Of a stretch of DNA of 62,214 nt, positions 29,495-38,953 are shown in pieces. A program made the position numbers and the translations under genes. Numbering within the stretch: position 1 is the stretch's first letter; each line of letters begins with the position of its first letter. The stretch is from Bacteroidota bacterium. GTDB lineage: Bacteria; Bacteroidota; Bacteroidia; 2-12-FULL-35-15. The notes under the pieces are model-generated. The model was not told the DNA's origin. It did not search any database and saw only the letters and a program-made list of their open reading frames with translations. Location of the stretch: assembly GCA_052389695.1 (NCBI GenBank), contig JBQTHQ010000073.1:1-62214 (forward strand), read 5' to 3'.

Positions 29495-29941
29495 TTATTC
29501 CTGAACTACTTCAAAAGTAACTTTTCCGGTTACTTCTTTGTGAAAACGAACATCAGCAGTATAAGTTCCAACGGTTTTAACACCTTCTTCACTCATGGTG
29601 ATATTTTTTCTATCCACATCATAACCTAATTTTTTGATCGCATCAGCCAATTGAACTGAAGTAACTGAACCGAAAATTTTTCCGGACTCACCTACTTTAG
29701 CACCCACTTTTACAACCATTTCTTTTAGTTTAGCAGCTGTAGTTTCTGCAGCAGCTTTTACTTTTTGTTCTTTAAAAGCGCGTTGCTTCACTGTTTCAGT
29801 CAACATTTTTTTTGTTGATGAAGTTGCCATAGCAGCCAAACCTTTCGGAATTAAAAAATTTCTTCCGTATCCCGGTTTTACTTTTACCACGTCATCCTTG
29901 TATCCAAGGTTTTTAACGTCCTGTTTTAGTATTACTTCCAT
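29495..29941 (-). CDS. rplI: 50S ribosomal protein L9
   Basis: MEVILKQDV...VKPGYGRNFLIP; GKIFGSVT. Confidence 0.98.
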   Translation of the reverse strand: MEVILKQDVKNLGYKDDVVKVKPGYGRNFLIPKGLAAMATSSTKKMLTETVKQRAFKEQKVKAAAETTAAKLKEMVVKVGAKVGESGKIFGSVTSVQLADAIKKLGYDVDRKNITMSEEGVKTVGTYTADVRFHKEVTGKVTFEVVQE

Positions 29942-29966
29942 TGTTTTTTTTAGTTATTGGTTAATG

Positions 29967-29985
29967 CCTGCCTGCCGCAGGCAGG
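29967..29985. repeat. CCTGCCTGCCGCAGGCAGG mini-palindrome flanked by 13-bp direct repeats
   Basis: GTTATTGGTTAAT at 29953-29965 and 29986-29998. Confidence 0.75.
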
Positions 29986-30046
29986 GTTATTGGTTAATTG
30001 GTTTAAGCGATAAGGGAAACTCCTTATTTCTATTAACTGATAACTG

Positions 30047-30313
30047 TTATTTCAACATATCAGCAACATACGGTAATAATGCCAAGTGACGAGCACGTTT
30101 TACAGCCGTAGAAACTTTACGTTGATATTTTACTGATGTACCTGTTAATCGGCGAGGTAAAATTTTACCTTGCTCATTGATGAATTTCAATAAAAACTGT
30201 GGGTCTTTATAATCAATATACTTGATACCGCTTTTTTTAAAGCGACAGTATTTTTTCTTTTTCACATCCACTGTGGGAGGAGCAAGATATCTGATTTCTG
30301 AATTGTCTGCCAT
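30047..30313 (-). CDS. rpsR: 30S ribosomal protein S18
   Basis: [15 protein letters not shown] and [11 protein letters not shown]. Confidence 0.98.
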   Translation of the reverse strand: MADNSEIRYLAPPTVDVKKKKYCRFKKSGIKYIDYKDPQFLLKFINEQGKILPRRLTGTSVKYQRKVSTAVKRARHLALLPYVADMLK

Positions 30314-30334
30314 TTTGTTTCTGGTTAAATATGT

Positions 30335-30676
30335 TTAAGCTACTGCTTTAGCCTTATTTCTACTTTTTTCGCTGTATGCAACTGCATGTTTATCAAGCGC
30401 CACTGTCAGGAAACGCAATAAACGCTCATCACGTTTGTATGTTACTTCCAGTTCCGCAATAAATGTTGGTGGTGCTTTGAATTCAAACAGGTGGTAAAAA
30501 CCTGTTGTTTTCTTTTGGATCGGATACTGCAATTTACGAAGGCCCCAGGCATTCTCAGTCACAATCTTGCATCCATTGTCTGTAAGTAACTTTTTGTACT
30601 TACTTACCGTCTCCTTTGCCTGTTCTTCAGACAAAACGGGAGTCATAATGAAGACGGTTTCATAATGTTTTTGCAT
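30335..30676 (-). CDS. rpsF: 30S ribosomal protein S6
   Basis: YETVFI...WGLRKLQYPIQK...GFY. Confidence 0.98.
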   Translation of the reverse strand: MQKHYETVFIMTPVLSEEQAKETVSKYKKLLTDNGCKIVTENAWGLRKLQYPIQKKTTGFYHLFEFKAPPTFIAELEVTYKRDERLLRFLTVALDKHAVAYSEKSRNKAKAVA

Positions 30677-30729
30677 TGTTTTGTTATTTAATTAGTTTAT
30701 ATTATTGATCCTTTTTTCTAAAAGGGATG

Positions 30730-30737
30730 CAAAGATA
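30730..30737 (-). promoter_or_regulatory. -7 element for the rpsF operon
   Basis: TATCTTTG on the minus strand. Confidence 0.65.
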
Positions 30738-30945
30738 ATATTTTTTGAGGTTTCTGCAAATATTTTCAGCGAAAAGCCAATAGGGAACAGCGAATAGTAT
30801 ATTGGGGGCGTTTTCAGTATAAAGTCCCATTTTTACCTTTTTCCTATTCACGATTTGCTATTGCCTTTTATGGGTTTTCCAAAGTTTTTAACATTCTAAT
30901 AAATGTCGGTTTTTAATAGTTAGATTTGTATTTCTTAAAATAAAA

Positions 30946-32724
30946 ATGGAACATTTCATCGTATCGGCCCGTAAGTATCGCCCTGCAACGTTTAACACCG
31001 TTGTTGGACAGGCACATATTACCAATACGTTAAAAAATGCCATTAAAACAGGTCATTTAGCACAGGCCTTTTTATTTTGCGGGCCGCGTGGTGTAGGAAA
31101 AACAACCTGTGCACGTATTCTTGCCAAAACCATTAACTGTACAAGCCGCACGGAACATACTGAAGCCTGCGATAAATGTGAATCCTGCGAATCATTTAAC
31201 AGTGGCGCTTCACTCAACGTATCTGAACTGGATGCAGCATCCAATAATTCAGTAGATGATATACGTAACCTGGTTGATCAGGTACGTTACGCACCTCAGC
31301 TGGGAACGCACAAAGTATATATCATCGATGAGGTTCATATGCTTTCCACGAGCGCTTTTAATGCGTTCCTGAAAACATTGGAAGAGCCTCCCAAACATGC
31401 TATTTTTATTTTAGCAACAACAGAAAAGCACAAGATCATTCCTACTATCCTTTCCCGCTGTCAGATCTTTGATTTTAATCGTATACAGATAGAAGACATT
31501 GCAAATCATTTGCTGTACATCTCGAAAAGTGAGAATATTTCCGCTGAAACAGATGCATTGCACATCATCGCTCAAAAAGCGGATGGCGCCTTACGCGATG
31601 CCTGTTCCATTTTTGATCAGATCGTAAGTTTTGCAGGAAACACCGTTACTTACAAAGCAGTAATTGAAAACCTCAATATTCTTGATTATGATTATTATTT
31701 CAAAGTTACGGATGCCATTATAGGGGAGAATATTCCGGCTTCGTTGCTTTTATTTAATGAGATATTGAACAATGGTTTTGACGGTCATAATTTTGTTGCG
31801 GGTATGGGCGACCATTATAGAAATTTATTGGTCAGTAAAGATCCCGACACACTGCAATTACTTGAAGTAGGAAATAATATTAAAGATAAATACAAGGAGC
31901 AGGCAGCCAAATGTGGATTACCCTTCCTGGTAAAGGCATTAACTATACTTAATAAAACTGATGTACAGTATAAATCCAGTAAAAATCATCGGCTCCAGGT
32001 AGAGCTGGCACTCATGCAACTTTGTTCTATCAATTCCATCGGACTTGATACTGAAAAAAAAAATGACATAATTAAAATCAGTGCAAAACCCAAAAGTGCT
32101 GAAAAAATTACCAATCCAACTATTACTCCATTTGCAGAACGCATAATCAGTTCCCCTCAGCCTGCTCCGGCAACGGTACATGAACCCCTTACAGCTATAA
32201 CAAATGCAGCTTCCACAATTTCGGCTACTGCAACCGCTGTTAAAAAATCTTTGATCAAAACCACAACACCCTCTATTAACCCAATTGCAGCAACCGAAAA
32301 AAAAACAGATAAAAACAATCTTCAAAATGGTGCAATTGCAACAAATAATCTTCCTACCCAGAGTTTTACACAACAAGCATTAGAAGATACCTGGACTAAG
32401 TATGCCGGCAATTTAAGAACAACCAGAGCAAGCATGGCAAGTGGATTACTGAGTAAACAGCCAAAACTTCTAAATGAGACAACCATAGAATTTCCCATTA
32501 CCAATAAGGCTTTGGAAGAATCCATCAATGAAGATAAAATGAATTTTTTAGGATTTTTACGTAACGAATTAAACAATTACTCTATTCAACTTAACCTGGT
32601 AATGGTTCAAGAAGAAGAGAAAGCTAATTTATATACTGCAAGCGACCGATATAAACATCTTGCTGAAAAAAATCCCGCCATTAATAAATTTCGTCAGGTT
32701 TTTGATCTGGATATAGAGTTTTAA
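30946..32724 (+). CDS. dnaX: DNA polymerase III subunit tau/gamma
   Basis: ARKYRP, GPRGVGKTT, IIDEVHML, KTLEEPP and TILSRCQ; TAGATTTG -7 element at 30921. Confidence 0.97.
   Translation: MEHFIVSARKYRPATFNTVVGQAHITNTLKNAIKTGHLAQAFLFCGPRGVGKTTCARILAKTINCTSRTEHTEACDKCESCESFNSGASLNVSELDAASNNSVDDIRNLVDQVRYAPQLGTHKVYIIDEVHMLSTSAFNAFLKTLEEPPKHAIFILATTEKHKIIPTILSRCQIFDFNRIQIEDIANHLLYISKSENISAETDALHIIAQKADGALRDACSIFDQIVSFAGNTVTYKAVIENLNILDYDYYFKVTDAIIGENIPASLLLFNEILNNGFDGHNFVAGMGDHYRNLLVSKDPDTLQLLEVGNNIKDKYKEQAAKCGLPFLVKALTILNKTDVQYKSSKNHRLQVELALMQLCSINSIGLDTEKKNDIIKISAKPKSAEKITNPTITPFAERIISSPQPAPATVHEPLTAITNAASTISATATAVKKSLIKTTTPSINPIAATEKKTDKNNLQNGAIATNNLPTQSFTQQALEDTWTKYAGNLRTTRASMASGLLSKQPKLLNETTIEFPITNKALEESINEDKMNFLGFLRNELNNYSIQLNLVMVQEEEKANLYTASDRYKHLAEKNPAINKFRQVFDLDIEF
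32053..32066 (+). other. Putative dnaX slippage/frameshift site G-A10-TGA
   Basis: GAA AAA AAA AAT GAC; one extra A reads EKKK-stop at the end of the clamp-loader core. Confidence 0.75.
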
Positions 32725-33131
32725 AGGTATTAGACTTCGTATTTGCAAACCCTTTTCATCAGCATTTCTAAGCATTTTTTTACTTTTTATTTATTCTGAC
32801 TTAGTATTTTACAACTTTTTAGGTTTGACTTTAGATTCAGTTTACTTTAACTTCACTTAAAAATTATTTATTATTGGAATTGAAAGCCCTTCCTATTTTA
32901 ATTTCGCTTATCATTTCAATACAATAACTTATTCGTAATCAATACATTAAATAATTTTTACAATGAATGCAACCTTATATGTAATTTATTCATCTATCTA
33001 TTATATATAGATATTATAGAATTTTTATTTTCTTGGAATTCGATCAAATACAAAATGCTCTAATAAATTGATTACAAAATAGTTGCATTTATCTGGACGA
33101 TAACTTATATTAGCATCAAATTTTCCAAACC

Positions 33132-36100
33132 ATGAAAAAATTATACTTTTTAGTTTTGATAATTTTAGCATTTGTACTATCTACAGATGCCTCAGCCCAA
33201 ACAATTAATTTTCAATCAATTTCAGGTTCTTCGGTCAGCACTGATGTACCTGTTAAATTAAACTCAGAGGGAATGATTCTACCGGATGAAGATCCTTCCG
33301 GAGAAAGAATGCCTTGTCCAATAACGGCTATAGGAATTTCCAGAGTCAATGTAAGCAGTTGTACAGGTACCCCTTGTGATGGTTCAGTGACAGTTACAAG
33401 TGTAACGGGTGGTACAGGAACTTATACCTATTTATGGAGCAACGGGCAAACAGGTGCAACTGCTACCGGATTGTGTCCGGGAACAATGAATGTTCAGGTA
33501 ACTTCAGGAACCTGCTCGTATACCTATACTTTTCCCGTTTTAAAAGGCAAACAGCGTCCTGCTCCTGCAAGAGATTCATTATTTGCTAATATGTGGTACT
33601 TTAATCAATTTACAGATGGTTCCGGAAATTTTTGGAGTTGTGATGGATATTGTAACAGGATATGGGTTGGTGATAGAAATAATTCTTCGCTAACCAATCC
33701 TGCACCAACAGGAGGCCTTGGTGTAATTAACTACAGTAACGGAGGCCCTCCCTATACTTATACCTGGTCATCCAATGTTCCGGGAGCCACCAACAGTCCC
33801 GGTCCCTGGACCGTATGTTCTTCGGTTACCACTTCCTATACAGTATCAGTGAGTGATGCCGCTTGTATTACAGTAAATATTGTGGTAACGCCTGTTATCC
33901 GGCCAAAGCCTGTTCTTTTAACTTCAAATGCCGTAGATGCAAGTTGTTACGGTGTTTGTGATGGATCTGTTACAGCCAATGCTTCAGGATCTCCTCCTTT
34001 TACTTATTTATGGAACAATGGTGCCACAACTCCAACTACCAATGCGTTGTGTGCTGGAACTTATTCAGTATCGGTAACAAATAGCTATGGTTGTACAGCA
34101 ACAGTAAACGGAACAGTGTTGGGTGGAGTGCAAATTATTCCCAATATAACCAAAACGGATGTAAGCTGTGCCGGAGGCAGTGATGGAACTGCTACGGCAA
34201 GTGCTTCAGGCGGTGCACCCGGATTTACTTATTCATGGAATACGAGTCCTGTGCAAAATTCGGCTACAGCTTCTAATTTATCAGCAGGCTCATACATTGT
34301 GACTGTCAGAGATACAAAGAATTGCACTGCAACAATGTCTGTTACCATTATACAACCCACAGCACTTGCAGTTACCACATCAACAACCCCTGCAGGTTGC
34401 GGAGCCTCCAATGGTTCTGCAACAGCTACTCCCAGTGGAGGAACCGGGCCTTATACTTATTCCTGGTCACCAGGTGGAGGCGCTGCTGCAACTGCGACAG
34501 GCTTATCAGGAGGAACATATGTGGTTACAGTTACCGATAGTAAAGGATGTACCCGAACAGCGAATGCTGTGGTCAATAGCGCAGGGCCGCCTACTGTTGC
34601 AATTACCGGATCAACCAATGTGAGTTGTAATGGAGGAAATGATGGTACTGCGACTGCAGGAGGATCCGGGGGATCATTACCTTATGTATATACGTGGAAT
34701 TCAGTTCCCGGACAAACAGGTGCCACGGCAACAGGCCTTTCTGCCGGAAGTTATGATGTATTGCTTACTGATGCAGGTGGTTGTACTTCTACTACCACAG
34801 TAATTATTACTGAACCACCTCTTTTGGTGTTAAACACTTCCTCTACAAATCAAATATGCGGATCATCAAATGGTTCAGCTACTGTATCCGTTACAGGGGG
34901 CACACCAGCATATACTTATTTATGGTCACCAAACGGAGGAAATGCAGCAACTGCCAGTAGTCTTGCAACCGGAACCTATATTGTAACTGTTACAGATTCA
35001 AGAGGCTGTACAAAAACAGCATCGGCAACTGTTACCAGTACCGGATCAGCGAGTGTTGTCATCAATAATGTTACCAATGCATTGTGCTTTGGCAGCAGTG
35101 ATGGTACAGCAACTGCTTCAGCTACAACAGGTACAGCACCTTTTACATATTCGTGGAATACAGCTCCCGGACAAAACACAGCTACAGCTACTAATTTATC
35201 TGCAGGAACATATAAGGTAACACTTACTGATGTGAATGGTTGTACTTCAACAGTTAATGCCACTATTACAGAACCAACACCCGTGGTTGTAACATCTACT
35301 AATCAAAGTATGTGTCCTAATACATCTGCAACACTTACTGCAAATGGCTCGGGTGGAACAGGTACAATCACTTATGGATGGAATCCCGGAGGATTAAGCG
35401 GAAACCCGGTTACTGTTAGTCCTGCCGCTACTACCACATATACTGTCACCGCTACTGATCTCAACAATTGTATAAAAACAAATACGGTAACTGTAACAGT
35501 TCATCCTGCAACGGTTGTAACTGTCCCCAGTGCTACTATTTGTGAAGGTTCAAGCACAACACTTACTGCTGCAGGCGCAACTACTTATAGCTGGACCCCA
35601 ATAACAGGATTAAGTTCAGGTTCAGGAACTTCGGTAAATGCCAATCCCACAGCAACAACTACCTATACAGTAACAGGCACAGATAACAATGGATGTACCG
35701 GGAATACAACAGTAGTTGTAACGGTAAATCCTTTACCTGTGGTAACTTCTACCAATGAAAATATTTGCCCCGGAGGTTCAACAATATTAACAGCTAACGG
35801 AGCAAATTCATACACTTGGGCACCAACGGCTACATTAAGTTCAGGTACAGGTGCTACAGTTACTGCTACTCCCTCCGGAACCACTACTTATATTATAACA
35901 GGAACTACAAATGGATGTACGGGAACTACCAATGTTACGGTAACAGTAGATCCACAACCAACAGTAAATGTCCAGGGTGCCACCATTTGTTCAGGTAATT
36001 CAACAACTTTAAATGCAACAGGAACATCAACCAATTTTTCTTGGTCGCCGGCAACCGGCCTGGACGTTACATCAGGCCCTACAGTAATTGCCAATCCTGC

Positions 36101-37181
36101 AACCACAACAACTTATACCGTAACAGGTACCAATGCTGCAGGATGTACCAATACCACAACTGTTACTGTTACAGTAAATCCGAATCCGGTAGTAAATGTT
36201 CCGGGATCTTCCATTTGTGCTGGTGCAAACACTACACTTACTGCTACCGGTGCTAGTACTTATAGCTGGACACCTACAACAGGATTAAGCTCAGGTTCGG
36301 GAAACCCTGTTACTGCAAATCCGGCAACTACCAGCACATATACAGTGATTGGTACAACTGCAGGTTGTACCAATAGTACTACCGTTGTTGTTACAGTTAA
36401 CTCTTCACCAATAGTAACATCAGGCCCGTCAAGCATGTGCCCGGGAGATTCAACCACACTTACAGCCACTAGTAGTAGTACCGGTGTTATATTTTCCTGG
36501 AGCCCGTCATCCGGATTGGACACAATAGGTGGCCCTACAGTAATTGCAAATCCAACAAATACAACTATTTATACAATAACCGGAACAGATGCTAATGGTT
36601 GTATAGGTACAGCCACTACCACAGTTACAGTTCATCCTCTTCCCGTAGCGTTGTTTACATACAATCCTGATCCGGGAAGTGAACTTGACCCTACTATCTA
36701 TTTCCTTGATAATTCAACTCCTTCTACTAACTGGTATTGGAGCTTTGGAGATACGGCCAATACAACTTCAACAGATCAAAATCCAAGTTTTACTTATCCG
36801 AAAGTTAATGGAACTTATTTAGCATGTTTAGCTATTTCCAGCCCATTTAGTTGTCCTGATACTGTATGTAAAACAGTTGTTATAAGAGGTGAATATACTT
36901 TCTTTGTTCCAAACACATTTACTCCTAACGGAGATGGCAAAAACGATGGGTTTACTCCTAAAGGCACTGGTATTGATGAAGAAAATTATGAATTATGGAT
37001 ATTCGACCGTTGGGGAAACCATATCTGGAAAACAAAGATTTGGGGAGAAGCGTGGGATGGCAGGGCAAATGGTGGTGCTAATGTTGCCCAGATCGATACA
37101 TATGTATGGAAAGTGGCTGTAAGAGAAAAATGGAGCGGCAAGCGACATAAATACATTGGACATGTGAATATTGTGAAATAG
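33132..37181 (+). CDS. T9SS type B (gliding-motility-associated CTD) surface protein with SprB repeats, Ig-like repeats and a PKD domain
   Basis: Repeated C.G..DG.AT...GG..PYTYSW...L.AG.Y.V.VTD..GC units; WYWSFGD...QNP; VPNTFTPNGDGKND...IFDRWG...WDG. Confidence 0.92.
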   Translation: MKKLYFLVLIILAFVLSTDASAQTINFQSISGSSVSTDVPVKLNSEGMILPDEDPSGERMPCPITAIGISRVNVSSCTGTPCDGSVTVTSVTGGTGTYTYLWSNGQTGATATGLCPGTMNVQVTSGTCSYTYTFPVLKGKQRPAPARDSLFANMWYFNQFTDGSGNFWSCDGYCNRIWVGDRNNSSLTNPAPTGGLGVINYSNGGPPYTYTWSSNVPGATNSPGPWTVCSSVTTSYTVSVSDAACITVNIVVTPVIRPKPVLLTSNAVDASCYGVCDGSVTANASGSPPFTYLWNNGATTPTTNALCAGTYSVSVTNSYGCTATVNGTVLGGVQIIPNITKTDVSCAGGSDGTATASASGGAPGFTYSWNTSPVQNSATASNLSAGSYIVTVRDTKNCTATMSVTIIQPTALAVTTSTTPAGCGASNGSATATPSGGTGPYTYSWSPGGGAAATATGLSGGTYVVTVTDSKGCTRTANAVVNSAGPPTVAITGSTNVSCNGGNDGTATAGGSGGSLPYVYTWNSVPGQTGATATGLSAGSYDVLLTDAGGCTSTTTVIITEPPLLVLNTSSTNQICGSSNGSATVSVTGGTPAYTYLWSPNGGNAATASSLATGTYIVTVTDSRGCTKTASATVTSTGSASVVINNVTNALCFGSSDGTATASATTGTAPFTYSWNTAPGQNTATATNLSAGTYKVTLTDVNGCTSTVNATITEPTPVVVTSTNQSMCPNTSATLTANGSGGTGTITYGWNPGGLSGNPVTVSPAATTTYTVTATDLNNCIKTNTVTVTVHPATVVTVPSATICEGSSTTLTAAGATTYSWTPITGLSSGSGTSVNANPTATTTYTVTGTDNNGCTGNTTVVVTVNPLPVVTSTNENICPGGSTILTANGANSYTWAPTATLSSGTGATVTATPSGTTTYIITGTTNGCTGTTNVTVTVDPQPTVNVQGATICSGNSTTLNATGTSTNFSWSPATGLDVTSGPTVIANPATTTTYTVTGTNAAGCTNTTTVTVTVNPNPVVNVPGSSICAGANTTLTATGASTYSWTPTTGLSSGSGNPVTANPATTSTYTVIGTTAGCTNSTTVVVTVNSSPIVTSGPSSMCPGDSTTLTATSSSTGVIFSWSPSSGLDTIGGPTVIANPTNTTIYTITGTDANGCIGTATTTVTVHPLPVALFTYNPDPGSELDPTIYFLDNSTPSTNWYWSFGDTANTTSTDQNPSFTYPKVNGTYLACLAISSPFSCPDTVCKTVVIRGEYTFFVPNTFTPNGDGKNDGFTPKGTGIDEENYELWIFDRWGNHIWKTKIWGEAWDGRANGGANVAQIDTYVWKVAVREKWSGKRHKYIGHVNIVK

Positions 37182-37198
37182 TTCACAAAAAAATGATC

Positions 37199-37241
37199 AA
37201 AAAACAAGCCCGATCTTATAGTAAGATAGGGCTTGTTTTTT
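37199..37241. terminator. Bidirectional intrinsic terminator
   Basis: AAAAAACAAGCCC-G-ATCTTA...TAAGAT-A-GGGCTTGTTTTTT. Confidence 0.85.
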
Positions 37242-37248
37242 GTCGCTT

Positions 37249-38850
37249 TTATTTCATTATCTCCAATGCCTTTTTTAATACATTATCCTGGCTGTGAATA
37301 ACAGGATAAAAACCTTCAGTACCCCATACATTTCTGGCGATAAGCGCTTTTAGTTGCAACTTAATGATCTCTCTGGAAACATTGATTTGCTTCTCTTTCG
37401 CAGGCACTCCTCGTTTTGCAGCATAGGATACGAAATCATTAAATATATTTTCAGAAATAGTAAATGATCTGTTAAATTTTTCAGGTGTTTGATATAACTT
37501 AAGGTTTGTTCTTTTTTCATCGGCATAATCAAAAGCAAAATCATTGATAATACCGTTGTACAACACTTCACTCAAATAACGTGAACGTCCAATAGTATCA
37601 AGCCCAACAAAAACATCAGGTATAATACCTCCTCCACCATAAACAATTTTTCCTGCCGGGGTTTTATATTCTACAGAATCTGCAACCTTAATACTATCAG
37701 CATTTTCAAGCTCCCCTGATGTATAACGTTGAAATTCTTCATCGTAATAAGCATGTACACCATGTGTATATGGCTTTTGAATACTTCTTCCGGTTGGTGT
37801 ATAATATCGCGCAATGGTCAATCGTATTGCAGAGCCATCAGTAAATTCACTTTGCTCCTGCACCAGGCCTTTTCCAAATGAGCGTCTTCCAACAATAGTT
37901 GCTCTGTCATTATCCTGTAACGCACCTGCTAAAATTTCGCTTGCCGAAGCGGAGCCATCATCGATCAAAACGATTAATTTCCCGTTCTCAAAACTTCCTT
38001 TGTCAGTTGCTTTGTAATCTTTTCGCGGACGAGCTTTGCCTTCTGTGTAAACAATTCCTTTATCATTACTCAAAAATTCATCCGTAATACTAACAGCGGT
38101 ATTTAGGAATCCTCCACCATTTCCGCGCACATCAATTATTAGCTTTTCCATACCCTGATTTTGTAATCTTTCAAATGCGCTCATATATTCATCATAGGTA
38201 GTTGCTGCAAAACGATTAATTTTAATATACCCCGTTTTGGGGTTAACCATGTAAGCTATATCAATGCTGTATATTGGGATGGTCCCTCGTGTGATCGTAA
38301 AATCAAGTAACCTGGTTTTGGATCTGCGCATAATACTCACTTTAACCTTTGTTCCGCCTTTGCCTTTCAGCTTTTCCATCACTTGTTTATTGCTAACTTT
38401 CACACCTGCCACATTTTTGCCTTCCACTTTTATAATTTTATCACCTGCCTGTACACCTACCAGCTCAGCCGGGCCTCCTGAAATCGCAGTAATAACACGA
38501 ATGGTATCATTCACTATATTAAATTCAACACCTATACCTTCAAAGTTACCCTGCAAAGGCTCATTTGTTGCCTGTAATTCTTCCGCTGTTATGTAACTTG
38601 AATGCGGATCTAGATTTTGAAGCATCGAAACAATCGTTTTATCAACCAATTGTTCATCATTAATAGTGTCAACATATTCCTGATGTATGTAACGCAAAAT
38701 TTCATTCAACTTGCTATATTTATTGTCAGTATTAAATGATATTGTTCCGGTTTTCGTGGAACCCTGAAAACTGTTCCCAATAAAAATTCCCGCGATCAAA
38801 ACAAGTGCAAATACAACAGGAAGATATATGTAAAATTTAGGGCGATTCAT
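37249..38850 (-). CDS. S41A C-terminal processing peptidase (CtpA/Prc-like) with PDZ domain
   Basis: LDPHS, FEGIG, DVRGNGGG, SASASEI, SFGKGLVQ and ARYYTPTGR. Confidence 0.95.
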   Translation of the reverse strand: MNRPKFYIYLPVVFALVLIAGIFIGNSFQGSTKTGTISFNTDNKYSKLNEILRYIHQEYVDTINDEQLVDKTIVSMLQNLDPHSSYITAEELQATNEPLQGNFEGIGVEFNIVNDTIRVITAISGGPAELVGVQAGDKIIKVEGKNVAGVKVSNKQVMEKLKGKGGTKVKVSIMRRSKTRLLDFTITRGTIPIYSIDIAYMVNPKTGYIKINRFAATTYDEYMSAFERLQNQGMEKLIIDVRGNGGGFLNTAVSITDEFLSNDKGIVYTEGKARPRKDYKATDKGSFENGKLIVLIDDGSASASEILAGALQDNDRATIVGRRSFGKGLVQEQSEFTDGSAIRLTIARYYTPTGRSIQKPYTHGVHAYYDEEFQRYTSGELENADSIKVADSVEYKTPAGKIVYGGGGIIPDVFVGLDTIGRSRYLSEVLYNGIINDFAFDYADEKRTNLKLYQTPEKFNRSFTISENIFNDFVSYAAKRGVPAKEKQINVSREIIKLQLKALIARNVWGTEGFYPVIHSQDNVLKKALEIMK

Positions 38851-38953
38851 TTTAAAAAGCAAATTTGTTCATTTAACGTTGGTAAATTTACAGATTAATA
38901 GTGAAGCAAATCTTATATTTAGTTAATTTAGGTTCAGGTAATTTACTAATAGC

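Noticed and set aside
30700-30730. Hairpin in the rpsF leader as the S6:S18 regulatory RNA
   Set aside because: A hairpin is present, but I cannot see the characteristic CCG-containing motif; an Rfam search would be needed.
32725-33131. 400-bp AT-rich spacer as a possible ncRNA or replication origin
   Set aside because: No stable hairpin, DnaA-box cluster or ORF recognised; probably the promoter region of the adhesin gene.
33300-36650. Repetitive DNA that might be a CRISPR array or DGR template
   Set aside because: These are degenerate protein-domain repeats in one ORF; there are no identical repeats with spacers and no cas or reverse transcriptase gene.
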